From Nitrospirota bacterium (lineage in GTDB: Bacteria; Nitrospirota; UBA9217): a stretch of 64,000 bases of DNA. The stretch is from NCBI GenBank assembly GCA_963740085.1, contig CAVUCU010000005.1, forward strand, positions 96,001-160,000. The letters are read 5' to 3'. Made by a program: the position numbers and the translations under genes. Of this stretch, positions 1-13,005 are shown in pieces (position 1 is the stretch's first letter; each line of letters starts with the position of its first letter). The notes under the pieces were generated by a model. It searched no databases. It was not told where the DNA came from and saw only the letters and a program-made list of their open reading frames with translations.

Positions 1-2965
<2,965 letters not shown>

Positions 2966-3073
2966 ACCAAAATCTGCTTCTGGCAGATTCGGCGTTTCTT
3001 GATTTTTCGCCTCAGCTTTTCTTGTATTCTTGCATATTCAGTTGTCAAAGAACAATCCCGAGCAATGCTCGGG

Positions 3074-3134
3074 AATTCAAAACTCACGATTCAAAATTCA
3101 ACTTTTTGAACCTTGAACTCTGAGCTTCGAACTT
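3074..3134. repeat. 7-bp periodic inverted-repeat element (ITS, tRNA-Ala to 23S)
   Basis: AATTCAA AACTCAC GATTCAA AATTCAA cttt TTGAACC TTGAACT CTGAGCT TCGAACT. Confidence 0.75.
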
Positions 3135-3144
3135 GTTATGTAAT

Positions 3145-3220
3145 TGGTGGAGCTGAGCGGGATCGAACCGCTGACCCCCTGCTTGCAAAGCAGGTGCTCT
3201 CCCAGCTGAGCTACAGCCCC
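3145..3220 (-). tRNA. tRNA-Ala(TGC)
   Basis: GGGGCTGTAGCTCAGCTGGGAGAGCACCTGCTTTGCAAGCAGG...CTCCACCA, 76 nt, in the rrn spacer. Confidence 0.98.
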
Positions 3221-3231
3221 CTGTTAGCTAC

Positions 3232-3295
3232 AAACTCTAAATCCGAAATTCTAAATCCTAAACGTTTCGGATTTCGAAATTAGCATTTCGAATTT
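3232..3295. repeat. 7-bp periodic inverted-repeat element (ITS, between the two tRNAs)
   Basis: AAACTCT AAATCCG AAATTCT AAATCCT AAAC|GTTT CGGATTT CGAAATT AGCATTT CGAATTT. Confidence 0.85.
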
Positions 3296-3303
3296 GTTGT
3301 AAG

Positions 3304-3380
<77 letters not shown>

Positions 3381-3451
3381 GTTTCGTTCAGGCTCAGGAC
3401 TTTTCCCGGGGGTAAAGCTCCGAGCCCATGCCTATAGCCCTGAGCAACGCT

Positions 3452-3478
3452 CATGGTCCTTCAAAACTAAATAGGTGC
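3452..3478 (-). other. 3' strand of the 16S precursor processing stem
   Basis: Nearly perfect inverted copy of the leader sequence at 5199-5225 (minus strand CATGGTCTTTGAAAACTAAATAGGTGC pairs with GCACCTATTTAGTTTTGAAGGACCATG). Confidence 0.8.
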
Positions 3479-3524
3479 TGGCGGAACGACCTGGATGAGA
3501 GATTACCAAGGTAACCTCTGATTC

Positions 3525-5095
<1,571 letters not shown>

Positions 5096-5198
5096 AATCT
5101 GATCCTATGCAATGTTACTCAAGGTAACTTGACTAGTTTGTTACTCAAAAAAACCCGCCAACTAAAAACAGATTTTTTAAGGATCTGTTTAAATCTTT

Positions 5199-5225
5199 GC
5201 ACCTATTTAGTTTTCAAAGACCATG
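5199..5225 (-). promoter_or_regulatory. rrn leader boxA-like sequence / 5' strand of the processing stem
   Basis: GGTCTTTGAAAACT resembles boxA; complementary to 3452-3478. Confidence 0.7.
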
Positions 5226-5251
5226 TTTCTGCATGTTGCGCAGAAGTAAGG

Positions 5252-5280
5252 ATAGTAACAGAACCGAATCTCTTTGTCAA
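5252..5280 (-). promoter_or_regulatory. rrn P2 sigma70 promoter
   Basis: TTGACA-N17-TACTAT on the minus strand. Confidence 0.75.
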
Positions 5281-5375
5281 TAAAATTTTGATATTAATTT
5301 TACAATTATTAATGAGCGGTTGGCATTCATGAAACTTCGAGGTTTTGCCCGAGGTTTACTGCCGAACGAGGGCGC

Positions 5376-5404
5376 AATTTATCACAAGCAATATTCCATG
5401 TCAA
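5376..5404 (-). promoter_or_regulatory. rrn P1 sigma70 promoter
   Basis: TTGACA-N17-TAAATT followed by GC-rich discriminator GCGCCC; AT-rich upstream region. Confidence 0.75.
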
Positions 5405-5450
5405 GGCTTTTTTATGAAAATGTTTTGTCTTGAAGTATTTTCCAAGAACT

Positions 5451-5717
5451 TTATTCGTAATGTGTCCATAATCTCAGGACCTTGACGATCCGTTCTTTTT
5501 TTAGGACTTGGTAGACGATCCGATGCTGGATATTGATTCGGCGGGAGTAAGCACCCGCCAAATCGCCCCCAAGCTTTTCAAATGGCGGAAAAGGCTCAAA
5601 AGGATTTTTTTCAAGAATATCAAGAATGCCCTGCGCCTTCTCTTTGAGACCTGATTGCGCTAATTTCCTGGCGTCCTTCTGTGCCTGTGGCGTGTACACC
5701 AGCTTCCACTTCACCAT
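5451..5717 (-). CDS. yoeB: Txe/YoeB family toxin
   Basis: 88 aa; PPFEKLGGDLAGAYSRRINIQHRIVY...LWTHYE is typical of YoeB; overlaps the antitoxin stop. Confidence 0.9.
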   Translation of the reverse strand: MVKWKLVYTPQAQKDARKLAQSGLKEKAQGILDILEKNPFEPFPPFEKLGGDLAGAYSRRINIQHRIVYQVLKKERIVKVLRLWTHYE

Positions 5718-5953
5718 TTGAGTTTCTCAGCGCACTTGTCCACCGGCGTCTCCATGCCCTTCCGTATGGATTCGCGCATGCCGGGGATCGAGAGCAGGTA
5801 CAGCGTTTCCTCGATGGCGCGCCAGTCCTCTTCACCGACAAGAATGGCATTGTTCCGTTTCCCGGTGATCTTGATCGGAGCGTGCGACTCCGCGGCCTCA
5901 TCCACCAGGGAATACCACGACGCCCGGGCCTTCGTAGCGGCAACTGTCTTCAT
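5711..5953 (-). CDS. yefM: Phd/YefM family antitoxin
   Basis: MKTVAATKARASWYSLVDEAAESHAPIKITGKRNNAILVGEEDWRAIEETLYLLSIPGMRESI; SD AGGAGG precedes the ATG at 5953. Confidence 0.9.
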   Translation of the reverse strand: MKTVAATKARASWYSLVDEAAESHAPIKITGKRNNAILVGEEDWRAIEETLYLLSIPGMRESIRKGMETPVDKCAEKLKW

Positions 5954-5971
5954 AAGAACCTCCTGACCTCT

Positions 5972-6000
5972 ATAGTACGCAATTGCGTACGTTTTGTCAA
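5972..6000 (-). promoter_or_regulatory. TA promoter with overlapping palindromic operator
   Basis: TTGACA-N17-TACTAT; perfect 16-bp palindrome GTACGCAATTGCGTAC (5975-5990) covers the spacer and -10. Confidence 0.8.
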
Positions 6001-6111
6001 TGCGGAAATCGAAACTAATGTCAATCAAAGAAGAAGGCGGGCCGAAGATGCCGCCACAAGAAAACGACTACAAGAATCCTACGGGCTTCATGCCCGTTCA
6101 GTCGGACCGCA

Positions 6112-6158
6112 AAACTCAAATCATCAAACCCCAAATGACCCAATAACCAAATCACCAA
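6112..6158 (-). repeat. 8-bp tandem array just 3' of the DUF1566 stop
   Basis: Minus strand TTGGTGAT TTGGTTAT TGGGTCAT TTGGGGT TTGATGAT TTGAGTTT. Confidence 0.75.
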
Positions 6159-6159
6159 C

Positions 6160-6680
6160 TCACTGCCCTCAGCGGACACAGCGGACATAGTTCGTGCCCG
6201 TCTTACCGATGCCGCTCACGTCGCCGTCGCCGAAGTTCACGTACCACGCGAGGGTCGTACCGAGCGCGTAAGTAGTGGACGACCAGTAGGAAGATGATAT
6301 TGTGGCCGGGAAGTAGGTGTTATTGATCGCAGGGGTATATGTCCCGTAATGCACGATAGACATCAGCTCGAAGTTTGTGGGCAGGTGCCAGCCGGTCCCG
6401 GCAAGAGAAAGATTTCCGCAGGCAGTGCCTGCATCAGCCCAGGTATTCAACGCCGCTTTGGCCCATGGAGCACTTCTGCCACGTGATCCCTGTGACAGTG
6501 TCGAATCGTGCCGGCCCCGTTGTTTGTATATGACGCTGGGTCGATGGTATAATCGCTGTCTTCCCCGAACGTAGCGGGGTAGTCCCCTGTCTGGCCCGTA
6601 TCGGGGCAAGGATTCCGTGCGGTAATTGTCACGGCATCCGCCGTACTGTCAACCTGGCCATCATCGACAATCAGAAGCAG
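6160..6680 (-). pseudogene. DUF1566 (Lcl C-terminal, C-type-lectin fold) gene remnant, DGR-target-like
   Basis: Three frames stitch to PDTGQTGDYPATFGEDSDY..NGAGTI / DTVTGITWQKCSMGQSG / TWADAGTACGNLSLAGTGWHLPTNFELMSIV..YWSSTT..AWYVNF..YVRCVR*GQ*; no N-terminus, two frameshifts and a premature TGA. Confidence 0.8.
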
Positions 6681-6817
6681 GTGCTATAATATCCCCCCTA
6701 CCCACAGCGATCAAAACTAAAGGGGTATAGCAAAACCCAACTCCTTTCGTCAACAAAATAAAATGGGGATTTGTTCAGGGTATTCAAAAAAGAAACAGGG
6801 GGATAAGGATGATGGGG

Positions 6818-8035
6818 CTATTTCTTCGGCACCACCTTCACGAACCGCTTCTTCCCCACACGGAGAATGAACGGCGCAGACGACGGGAACTCCGCGTCCA
6901 CGTCTTTCACCGGTTGCTGGTCCACTTCCACTGCGTTCTGTTGGATGAGCCGCCGCGCCTCGGAATTGCTCTTTGCGGCCCCGGCCAGCGCGATAATCTT
7001 CGCAAGCTTCATCCGCTCCCCTTCCCATGCAACCTCGACAGCGGGGATCTCGTCAGGCATGTCTTTCTTGCTGAATACCTTCTCAAACTCTATGCAGGCT
7101 TTTGAGCCCTCTCCTGCACCGCAGAATCGGTCCGCAAGCTCAGCAGCTATCTGCTTCTTTGCCTCCATAGGATGGAGCGCACCGGATTTAATATCACCTT
7201 TTATCTTCGCGAGTTCATCGAGAGACACGGCACTTACCAGCTCATAATACCTGAGCATCAGGTCGTCGCTCGCGGACATCACCTTGCCGAAGATCTCCCG
7301 GGCAGGCTCATTGATGCCGATATAGTTCCCGAGGCTCTTGCTCATTTTATTCACGCCGTCCAGACCCTCGAGCAGCGGCATCATCACAATGCACTGCGGC
7401 TCCTGGCCATACTCCTTCTGGAGTTCGCGACCCACGAGCAGATTGAACTTTTGATCCGTACCGCCCAGTTCTACATCCGCTTTCATCATGACGGAATCGT
7501 ATCCCTGGATAAGCGGATACAGAAATTCGTGGATACTGATGGGCAGCTCGGACTGGTAGCGCTTCTTGAAATCCTCGCGCTCCAGCATCCTGGCGACGGT
7601 ATGTCTTGCCGCAAGCTGGATCATCCCCTCGGCGGTCATTTTCGACATCCACTCGCTATTGAAGGCAATCTTCGTCCGATCCTTATCAAGGACCTTGAAT
7701 ATCTGCTGCTGGTAGGTCTTGGCGTTCTCGGCCACCTCTTCCTTGGTGAGATGCTTCCGCGTTTCAGACTTGCCAGTGGGATCGCCGATCATGCCTGTGA
7801 AGTCGCCGATGAGGAAGGTCACCTCGTGCCCCAATTCCTGGAACTGTCGCATTTTGTTCAGGAGCACGGTATGGCCAATGTGGATATCCGGCGCCGTGGG
7901 ATCAAAACCCGCCTTGACGCGGAGGGGTTTGCCGGTCGAGACCGACCTCTCAAGTTTTTTCAACAGGTCAGCCTCGACAATGACTTCGACAGCACCCCGT
8001 TTTATAATATCAAATTGTTCTTTCGCCGACAGCAT
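6818..8035 (-). CDS. tyrS: tyrosyl-tRNA synthetase
   Basis: [13 protein letters not shown] (HIGH), KMSKS, C-terminal S4-like domain. Confidence 0.97.
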   Translation of the reverse strand: MLSAKEQFDIIKRGAVEVIVEADLLKKLERSVSTGKPLRVKAGFDPTAPDIHIGHTVLLNKMRQFQELGHEVTFLIGDFTGMIGDPTGKSETRKHLTKEEVAENAKTYQQQIFKVLDKDRTKIAFNSEWMSKMTAEGMIQLAARHTVARMLEREDFKKRYQSELPISIHEFLYPLIQGYDSVMMKADVELGGTDQKFNLLVGRELQKEYGQEPQCIVMMPLLEGLDGVNKMSKSLGNYIGINEPAREIFGKVMSASDDLMLRYYELVSAVSLDELAKIKGDIKSGALHPMEAKKQIAAELADRFCGAGEGSKACIEFEKVFSKKDMPDEIPAVEVAWEGERMKLAKIIALAGAAKSNSEARRLIQQNAVEVDQQPVKDVDAEFPSSAPFILRVGKKRFVKVVPKK

Positions 8036-8089
8036 TGACTCTCTCCGTGAGACGATGGACTGCAGGGTTTACGCTTGACCCTGACGACT

Positions 8090-8455
8090 CTATCTCGATT
8101 TTCTGATCAGATCCGCTACGATCTGTTCCATGAGGGAATGAGCGCCGACATAGTCAGTCACCCTGATATCCAACGTTGGATGCTTTTGCTTTGCTTTTTC
8201 AATAAGGGCGGGAATGTCCTTTGTCACATGCACGCCCGCCTGCATGAAGTATGGAACAATCACGATTTTTTTAGCCCCTTGCTGAACACATCGTTCCACC
8301 GCTTCTTCAGGGGTCGGCTGAACATATTGTAAATAAGCGTATTCAACAATATCGCTGCTCGCACTTTCCCTGATAGCCGCGACAATGCGCTTCACTTGCG
8401 CATCGTTCCCATAGCCTCTGCTCCCATGCCCCAGTATGATGACTGCCGTTTTCAT
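8090..8455 (-). CDS. CbiX/SirB-family small chelatase domain protein
   Basis: ILGHGSR...AYLQYVQP...VPYFMQAGVHVTKDIP. Confidence 0.85.
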   Translation of the reverse strand: MKTAVIILGHGSRGYGNDAQVKRIVAAIRESASSDIVEYAYLQYVQPTPEEAVERCVQQGAKKIVIVPYFMQAGVHVTKDIPALIEKAKQKHPTLDIRVTDYVGAHSLMEQIVADLIRKSR

Positions 8456-8543
8456 GCTAACTCCTTAGAGCTTCTCAGGAGCACGTTAAATGATACTGAA
8501 ACGCGTTTGAGAACTGGCATAATCGTTCAACCTACAAATATGC

Positions 8544-8564
8544 GGCGGGTAATTTGTACCCGCC
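8544..8564 (-). terminator. GC-rich hairpin after the micro-ORF
   Basis: GGCGGGTA-CAAAT-TACCCGCC, 8-bp stem; weak U tail. Confidence 0.5.
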
Positions 8565-8580
8565 TGACACAGAGCTTGTC

Positions 8581-8646
8581 TTATTTCTTTTTTGTTGCTT
8601 TCTTTTTGACTGCCTTCTTTGTCCCGCATTTCTTGCCACAAGCCAT
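8581..8646 (-). CDS. putative 21-aa Lys-rich small protein MACGKKCGTKKAVKKKATKKK
   Basis: Strong extended SD AAGGGGGTGAT closely precedes the ATG; biased composition; hairpin downstream; too short for the ORF track. Confidence 0.6.
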   Translation of the reverse strand: MACGKKCGTKKAVKKKATKKK

Positions 8647-8763
8647 GATTTATCACCCCCTTGCGAATATGAATATCGCCAGATTCGATAAGGATCACAT
8701 GCCAATCAAGTCTTTCCCCAAAAGTGACAAAAACAACTCCATGCGACCGTACTATTCGACCCC

Positions 8764-9690
8764 TCAGAGCCGTTCCAAGGCGGTTTGAGCATCCCGCACG
8801 TCCTTTCGGATCTGTTCGACAAGTGCGTCTGCGTTGGGAAACTTTTTTTCTCCCCGCAAACGCTTTACAAAAGAGACCTCAATTTCCTTGCCGTAGAGTC
8901 CCTCATGGAACTCAAAAAGGTATACCTCTATTGAAACGGGTCCCGCATCGAAGGTGGGCCTGATCCCGATTGACGCCACCCCCTTGAAAGTTTTGTTTTC
9001 TACCAAAGCGAGTACGGCGTAAACACCGTAAGCAGGTATCAGCTCATTGACTATTTTAAGGTTAGCGGTGGGAAAACCAAGCGTTTGACCCCGGTGCGAG
9101 CCATGCACCACCTCACCCTCAATGGCATACCTCCTGCCAAGAAGTTCATTGGCCGCTTCCATGTTACCGCTTGAGATGAGGTCGCGGATGACTGAGCTAC
9201 TGACCACGAGATTGTTCACCTGTACGGCGTCAACAACGCCCACTCCAAATCCGAAGGTTCGGCCCATTTCTTTCAAAGATTCAATGCTTCCTTCGCGGCC
9301 CTTGCCGAAGGCATAGTCATAGCCGACGTAAACCTCACTGACGCCGATCTGTGTGTGCAAAACATCGCGGGCGAAATCTTCGGGATGCTGCTCGGCAAAG
9401 GTCCGTGTGAAATTGGCGCAAATCACTATATCGATACCGGCCTCGGCAAAAAGCTTCATCTTGCCATGAAAGGTGTTCAACATCCTTGGCGAGCGCTCCG
9501 GGGCAAGCACTTTAAGCGGATGGGGCTCAAAGGTAAAAACAACGCTTGTCCCCTTGATCTCCCGGGCTCGTTCGATCACCTTCTTGAATATCGCCTGATG
9601 CCCCAGATGCACTCCGTCAAAGTTCCCCAGCGTAAGCACGGGGTTCGGAAGCCGCTCGCTAAAGTTTTTAAGCCCGCGTACAATTCTCAT
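8764..9690 (-). CDS. ribF: bifunctional riboflavin kinase/FAD synthetase
   Basis: GNFDGVHLGHQ, TFEPHP, LGFPTAN; start set at MRIVRG. Confidence 0.95.
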   Translation of the reverse strand: MRIVRGLKNFSERLPNPVLTLGNFDGVHLGHQAIFKKVIERAREIKGTSVVFTFEPHPLKVLAPERSPRMLNTFHGKMKLFAEAGIDIVICANFTRTFAEQHPEDFARDVLHTQIGVSEVYVGYDYAFGKGREGSIESLKEMGRTFGFGVGVVDAVQVNNLVVSSSVIRDLISSGNMEAANELLGRRYAIEGEVVHGSHRGQTLGFPTANLKIVNELIPAYGVYAVLALVENKTFKGVASIGIRPTFDAGPVSIEVYLFEFHEGLYGKEIEVSFVKRLRGEKKFPNADALVEQIRKDVRDAQTALERL

Positions 9691-9802
9691 AGCGCAAGGA
9701 TAATCGCACAACAGAACAAAATTGTCAATGTCCCGTTGCTCAAACTTCTTACTATACGGATGATACCAGTAAATATGAATCACTTCGCGCATCAACTTCT
9801 GG

Positions 9803-9831
9803 TTGTATCTAGTTTTTCAGTATGGTATAAT
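9803..9831 (+). promoter_or_regulatory. sigma70 promoter for the flavoprotein gene
   Basis: TTGTAT-N17-TATAAT with TG extension. Confidence 0.6.
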
Positions 9832-9943
9832 AACAATGCTTTTTTTGCTGTTTCGATAAAAAGAGCGGGATAATAAAGGTCATATTCTATTTTTCTGGTC
9901 TGCGTTGTTAACCCGCAGAGGGGGCGAATTGACATCTCATTCA

Positions 9944-11035
9944 ATGCTGAAGCCGCTCATAATCAAGGGCAAAAAAATAAGAGTTCCCATTATTCAGGGC
10001 GGTATGGGCGTCGGGGTATCGCTACATCCGCTTGCGAAGGCAGTCGCTCAGGAAGGTGGCCTCGGCATCGTATCCAGTGCCTGTGTAGACCGGCTTGTCT
10101 CGAAAAGAACCGGTAAAAAAAGGAACATCTATGAAGCAGTGTACGAGGAGATCTCTCTCTCCAAAATCAAAGGTGGATTCACCGGGATTAATATTATGGC
10201 TGCCCTTGGCAGAGATTACAATGCCTCGGTAAAGGGCGCCCTCGATGCCGGCGCCGATGCCATCATCTCGGGCGCCGGCCTGCCTCTCAATCTGCCGGCG
10301 ATCCAAGCACCGAAAGACACGGCCCTGATCCCGATCGTCTCATCCGCGCGTGCGCTTGATATCATCTGTAAAAAATGGGAAAAGCTGGGATATCGACCCG
10401 ATGCCGTAGTACTCGAAGGTCCCCTTGCCGGCGGACATCTTGGATTCCGAATCGATCAGGTGGACCTTGACTGCAACAAACTCGAAAACATGCTGCCGTC
10501 AGTCAAGGACATGGCGAAAAAATTCGGAGATATCCCCGTGATAGTAGCCGGTGGGATCTATACCCATGACGACATCGTGAGATTCATGGACATGGGGGCC
10601 GACGGGGTCCAAATGGGCACCCGTTTTCTTGCCACCAACGAAAGCAGCGCCTCTGACGCTTATAAACAGGCGGTGGTGCGGGCAAAGGAAGAGGATATCA
10701 TTGTTGCGCACCGTCCCGGATCACCGTGCGGATTGCCATTCCGGGTGATCAAACAATCCCCTATGTATGTATCGTCACTTCAGAGGAAGCGGATCCCAAA
10801 GTGTGACAAGGGCTATGTGCTGATGAAAGATGCCGAGGGCCAATATACCGTCTGCCCGGCGAAAGAGGACAACGAGAACTATTTCTGCATCTGTAACGGA
10901 CTGTTGAGTTCGGCCGGATATAATCCGGACAAGGAAGAATCGCTCTATACGGTAGGCACCAATGCTTCAAGGGTTGAGAAAATCGTATCCGTCAAAACGC
11001 TGATGGACGAGTTGACGGGTACGGGAGGGCAATAA
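9944..11035 (+). CDS. nitronate monooxygenase family FMN-dependent oxidoreductase (FabK/FabX-like)
   Basis: PIIQGGMGVG, EGPLAGGHLG, IVAGGI, GVQMGTRF; Cys-rich C-terminus. Start could be TTG at 9929. Confidence 0.85.
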   Translation: MLKPLIIKGKKIRVPIIQGGMGVGVSLHPLAKAVAQEGGLGIVSSACVDRLVSKRTGKKRNIYEAVYEEISLSKIKGGFTGINIMAALGRDYNASVKGALDAGADAIISGAGLPLNLPAIQAPKDTALIPIVSSARALDIICKKWEKLGYRPDAVVLEGPLAGGHLGFRIDQVDLDCNKLENMLPSVKDMAKKFGDIPVIVAGGIYTHDDIVRFMDMGADGVQMGTRFLATNESSASDAYKQAVVRAKEEDIIVAHRPGSPCGLPFRVIKQSPMYVSSLQRKRIPKCDKGYVLMKDAEGQYTVCPAKEDNENYFCICNGLLSSAGYNPDKEESLYTVGTNASRVEKIVSVKTLMDELTGTGGQ

Positions 11036-11050
11036 GGAACACGATCGAGA

Positions 11051-11536
11051 TCATCCTTCAACAATACCACGTTCTTCCCACATGAACCAGTTCCCGGAAT
11101 CAGAGAGAAATTGGTAGGTATTCGCAAAAATGTCATAGTGCTGTTGTTCTTCCTTAATGAGCAGTTCGAGCAGGGCCCGTTCCTGCTCCTTCTTTGATCC
11201 AGCCAGCGTTTTTTTATAGAATTCCAATCCCTCTTTTTCCATTCTCATGGCGATCTTGAACGCCTCAAGCTCGTCCGACGTCGCCTCGACCTTCATCATC
11301 ATCTCATTTTTCATGGTCTCGAATATCGTTTTCACATTTTTCATCGGGCTCATGTTCTTGTGCGTTAAATTCAACCCTTTGATGAGCTGTGACACCATTT
11401 CCAAGTGACGCTTTTCGTCCTCGGTTATGGTTTGAAACATTTTTTTCCCGACGGGATATTTTGTCTTCCGTGCCGCCTCGGTGTAAAAAGCTATCGCGTC
11501 CTTCTCCATATTCATTGCCAATTCAAGTGCGTCCAT
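11051..11536 (-). CDS. rubrerythrin/ferritin-like di-iron protein
   Basis: Duplicated A-x-x-M-E-K...F-Y...E-E-x-x-H motifs; ends WFMWEERGIVEG. Confidence 0.85.
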   Translation of the reverse strand: MDALELAMNMEKDAIAFYTEAARKTKYPVGKKMFQTITEDEKRHLEMVSQLIKGLNLTHKNMSPMKNVKTIFETMKNEMMMKVEATSDELEAFKIAMRMEKEGLEFYKKTLAGSKKEQERALLELLIKEEQQHYDIFANTYQFLSDSGNWFMWEERGIVEG

Positions 11537-11777
11537 ATTGCCTCCTCTGTCATTCGGAAGTTTTTTAGATTATCAGGATGATCAGCAACCCATGCGGATT
11601 TTGAAAATCCACTAAAGATCGGCCATGCGGTAATTATAGCATAACTCCTGCGAGATGGAAACATTCCCTCATTTCTCGACATCAGCAACACGGCGCAAAC
11701 GACACCACGTTTCCGGAACAAGCGCAGTGCCGGCCGTCATTGCCGGCGCTGAGAGCGGGATGCGAGTGACCGGCTTG

Positions 11778-12893
11778 TCACTTCTTCGCCTTATCCCCGA
11801 ATACTTCCTTTACCTTGTCAAAAAATCCTTTCGTGATCGGCGTCGCGTTCTCCCCGTTCAGGCGGTCGAACTCCTGGAGCAGTTCTTTCTGCTTTGCCGC
11901 AAGCGTAGTCGGCACCTCGACAATAATCCGGCAAAGCTGGTCGCCGCTTCCGGATCCCCGAAGATGCGGAAATCCCTTGCCGCGCAGTCTAAATACGTGG
12001 CCTGGCTGGGTACCGGCGGAAATCTTGAGTTTAGCGCTTCCCGTGAGCGTCGGCACTTCAATCTCCGTTCCGAGCGCCGCCTGGACAATGCTGATTGGCA
12101 CATCGCATATGATGTCCTGGCCTTCGCGCTTGAAAAGCTTATGCTCTTCCACCATAAGATATACGTACAGATCGCCTGGTGGCCCTCCAAAGGAACCGAG
12201 TTCACCTTCACCGGTCAAACGGATGCTGTTGCCTGTCTCCACACCGCCTGGTATTTTGACAGACAATGTACGGTCCCGTTCAACGCGTTTTCTGCCTTTG
12301 CACCCCGGACAGGGATCGGTGATTGTTTTGCCCTCACCTCCGCAACGGGAACAGGTACGACTGACGCTGAAAAACCCCTGCTGCATGCGAATCTGGCCTG
12401 CGCCCCGGCATGCCGTACAGGTCACAATGCCGTCCTTGGATTTCGCGCCGAGTCCATCGCAGTCAGGACAGCGTTCCCAGCGCGGGACGCGGATCTTGGT
12501 CGATGTGCCGAATGCTGCGTCTTCAAAACTTATTTTAAGATTGTAACGAAGGTCATCGCCGGCCGTGGCCCGAGACCTGCCTCGGCCGCCGCCGAAGAAC
12601 TCCTCAAAAATATCTCCGAAAATATCACCCATGCCGGCGCCGGCGCCAAAACCGCCCGGGGCTGATCCCTGTGCTCCCGGTGCTGTGCCGTACTGATCAT
12701 AGTACGCCCGCTTCTGGGCATCTGATAAGACCGAATACGCCTCGCTGATCTCCTTGAACTTTTCTTCAGAGGCCTTGTCCCCGGGGTTTTTGTCTGGGTG
12801 ATGCTCGTGGGCAAGCCTGCGGTAAGCGCGCTTGAGATCGGCCTCTGTCGCGTTCCTGTGGACCCCAAGCAGTTCGTAATAATCCTTGGCCAT
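11778..12893 (-). CDS. dnaJ: chaperone DnaJ
   Basis: J-domain HPD, G/F region, four CxxCxGxG-type repeats. Confidence 0.97.
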   Translation of the reverse strand: MAKDYYELLGVHRNATEADLKRAYRRLAHEHHPDKNPGDKASEEKFKEISEAYSVLSDAQKRAYYDQYGTAPGAQGSAPGGFGAGAGMGDIFGDIFEEFFGGGRGRSRATAGDDLRYNLKISFEDAAFGTSTKIRVPRWERCPDCDGLGAKSKDGIVTCTACRGAGQIRMQQGFFSVSRTCSRCGGEGKTITDPCPGCKGRKRVERDRTLSVKIPGGVETGNSIRLTGEGELGSFGGPPGDLYVYLMVEEHKLFKREGQDIICDVPISIVQAALGTEIEVPTLTGSAKLKISAGTQPGHVFRLRGKGFPHLRGSGSGDQLCRIIVEVPTTLAAKQKELLQEFDRLNGENATPITKGFFDKVKEVFGDKAKK

Positions 12894-12945
12894 ATCATCC
12901 TTCGTCTATGAAATAACTAGATGCGGCAAAATAACTTCAGTGCAT

Positions 12946-12991
12946 AAAAAAGAGGATAGCGGAGATTTGTTTCTTCCCCCGCTATCCTCTT
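12946..12991 (-). terminator. Rho-independent terminator/attenuator between dnaK and dnaJ
   Basis: 13-bp stem AAGAGGATAGCGG/CCGCTATCCTCTT followed by a T run on the minus strand. Confidence 0.7.
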
Positions 12992-13005
12992 AAGACACCT
13001 ATTTG

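Noticed and set aside
6169-6171. In-frame TGA in DUF1566 as selenocysteine or readthrough
   Set aside because: It falls at the expected Gly of VRGGQ (GGA to TGA) in a gene already broken by frameshifts; no SECIS evident.
6682-6800. Plus-strand extended -10 (TGCTATAAT) and a possible sRNA or riboswitch facing the tyrS 3' end
   Set aside because: No recognisable riboswitch consensus or terminator; evidence too thin.
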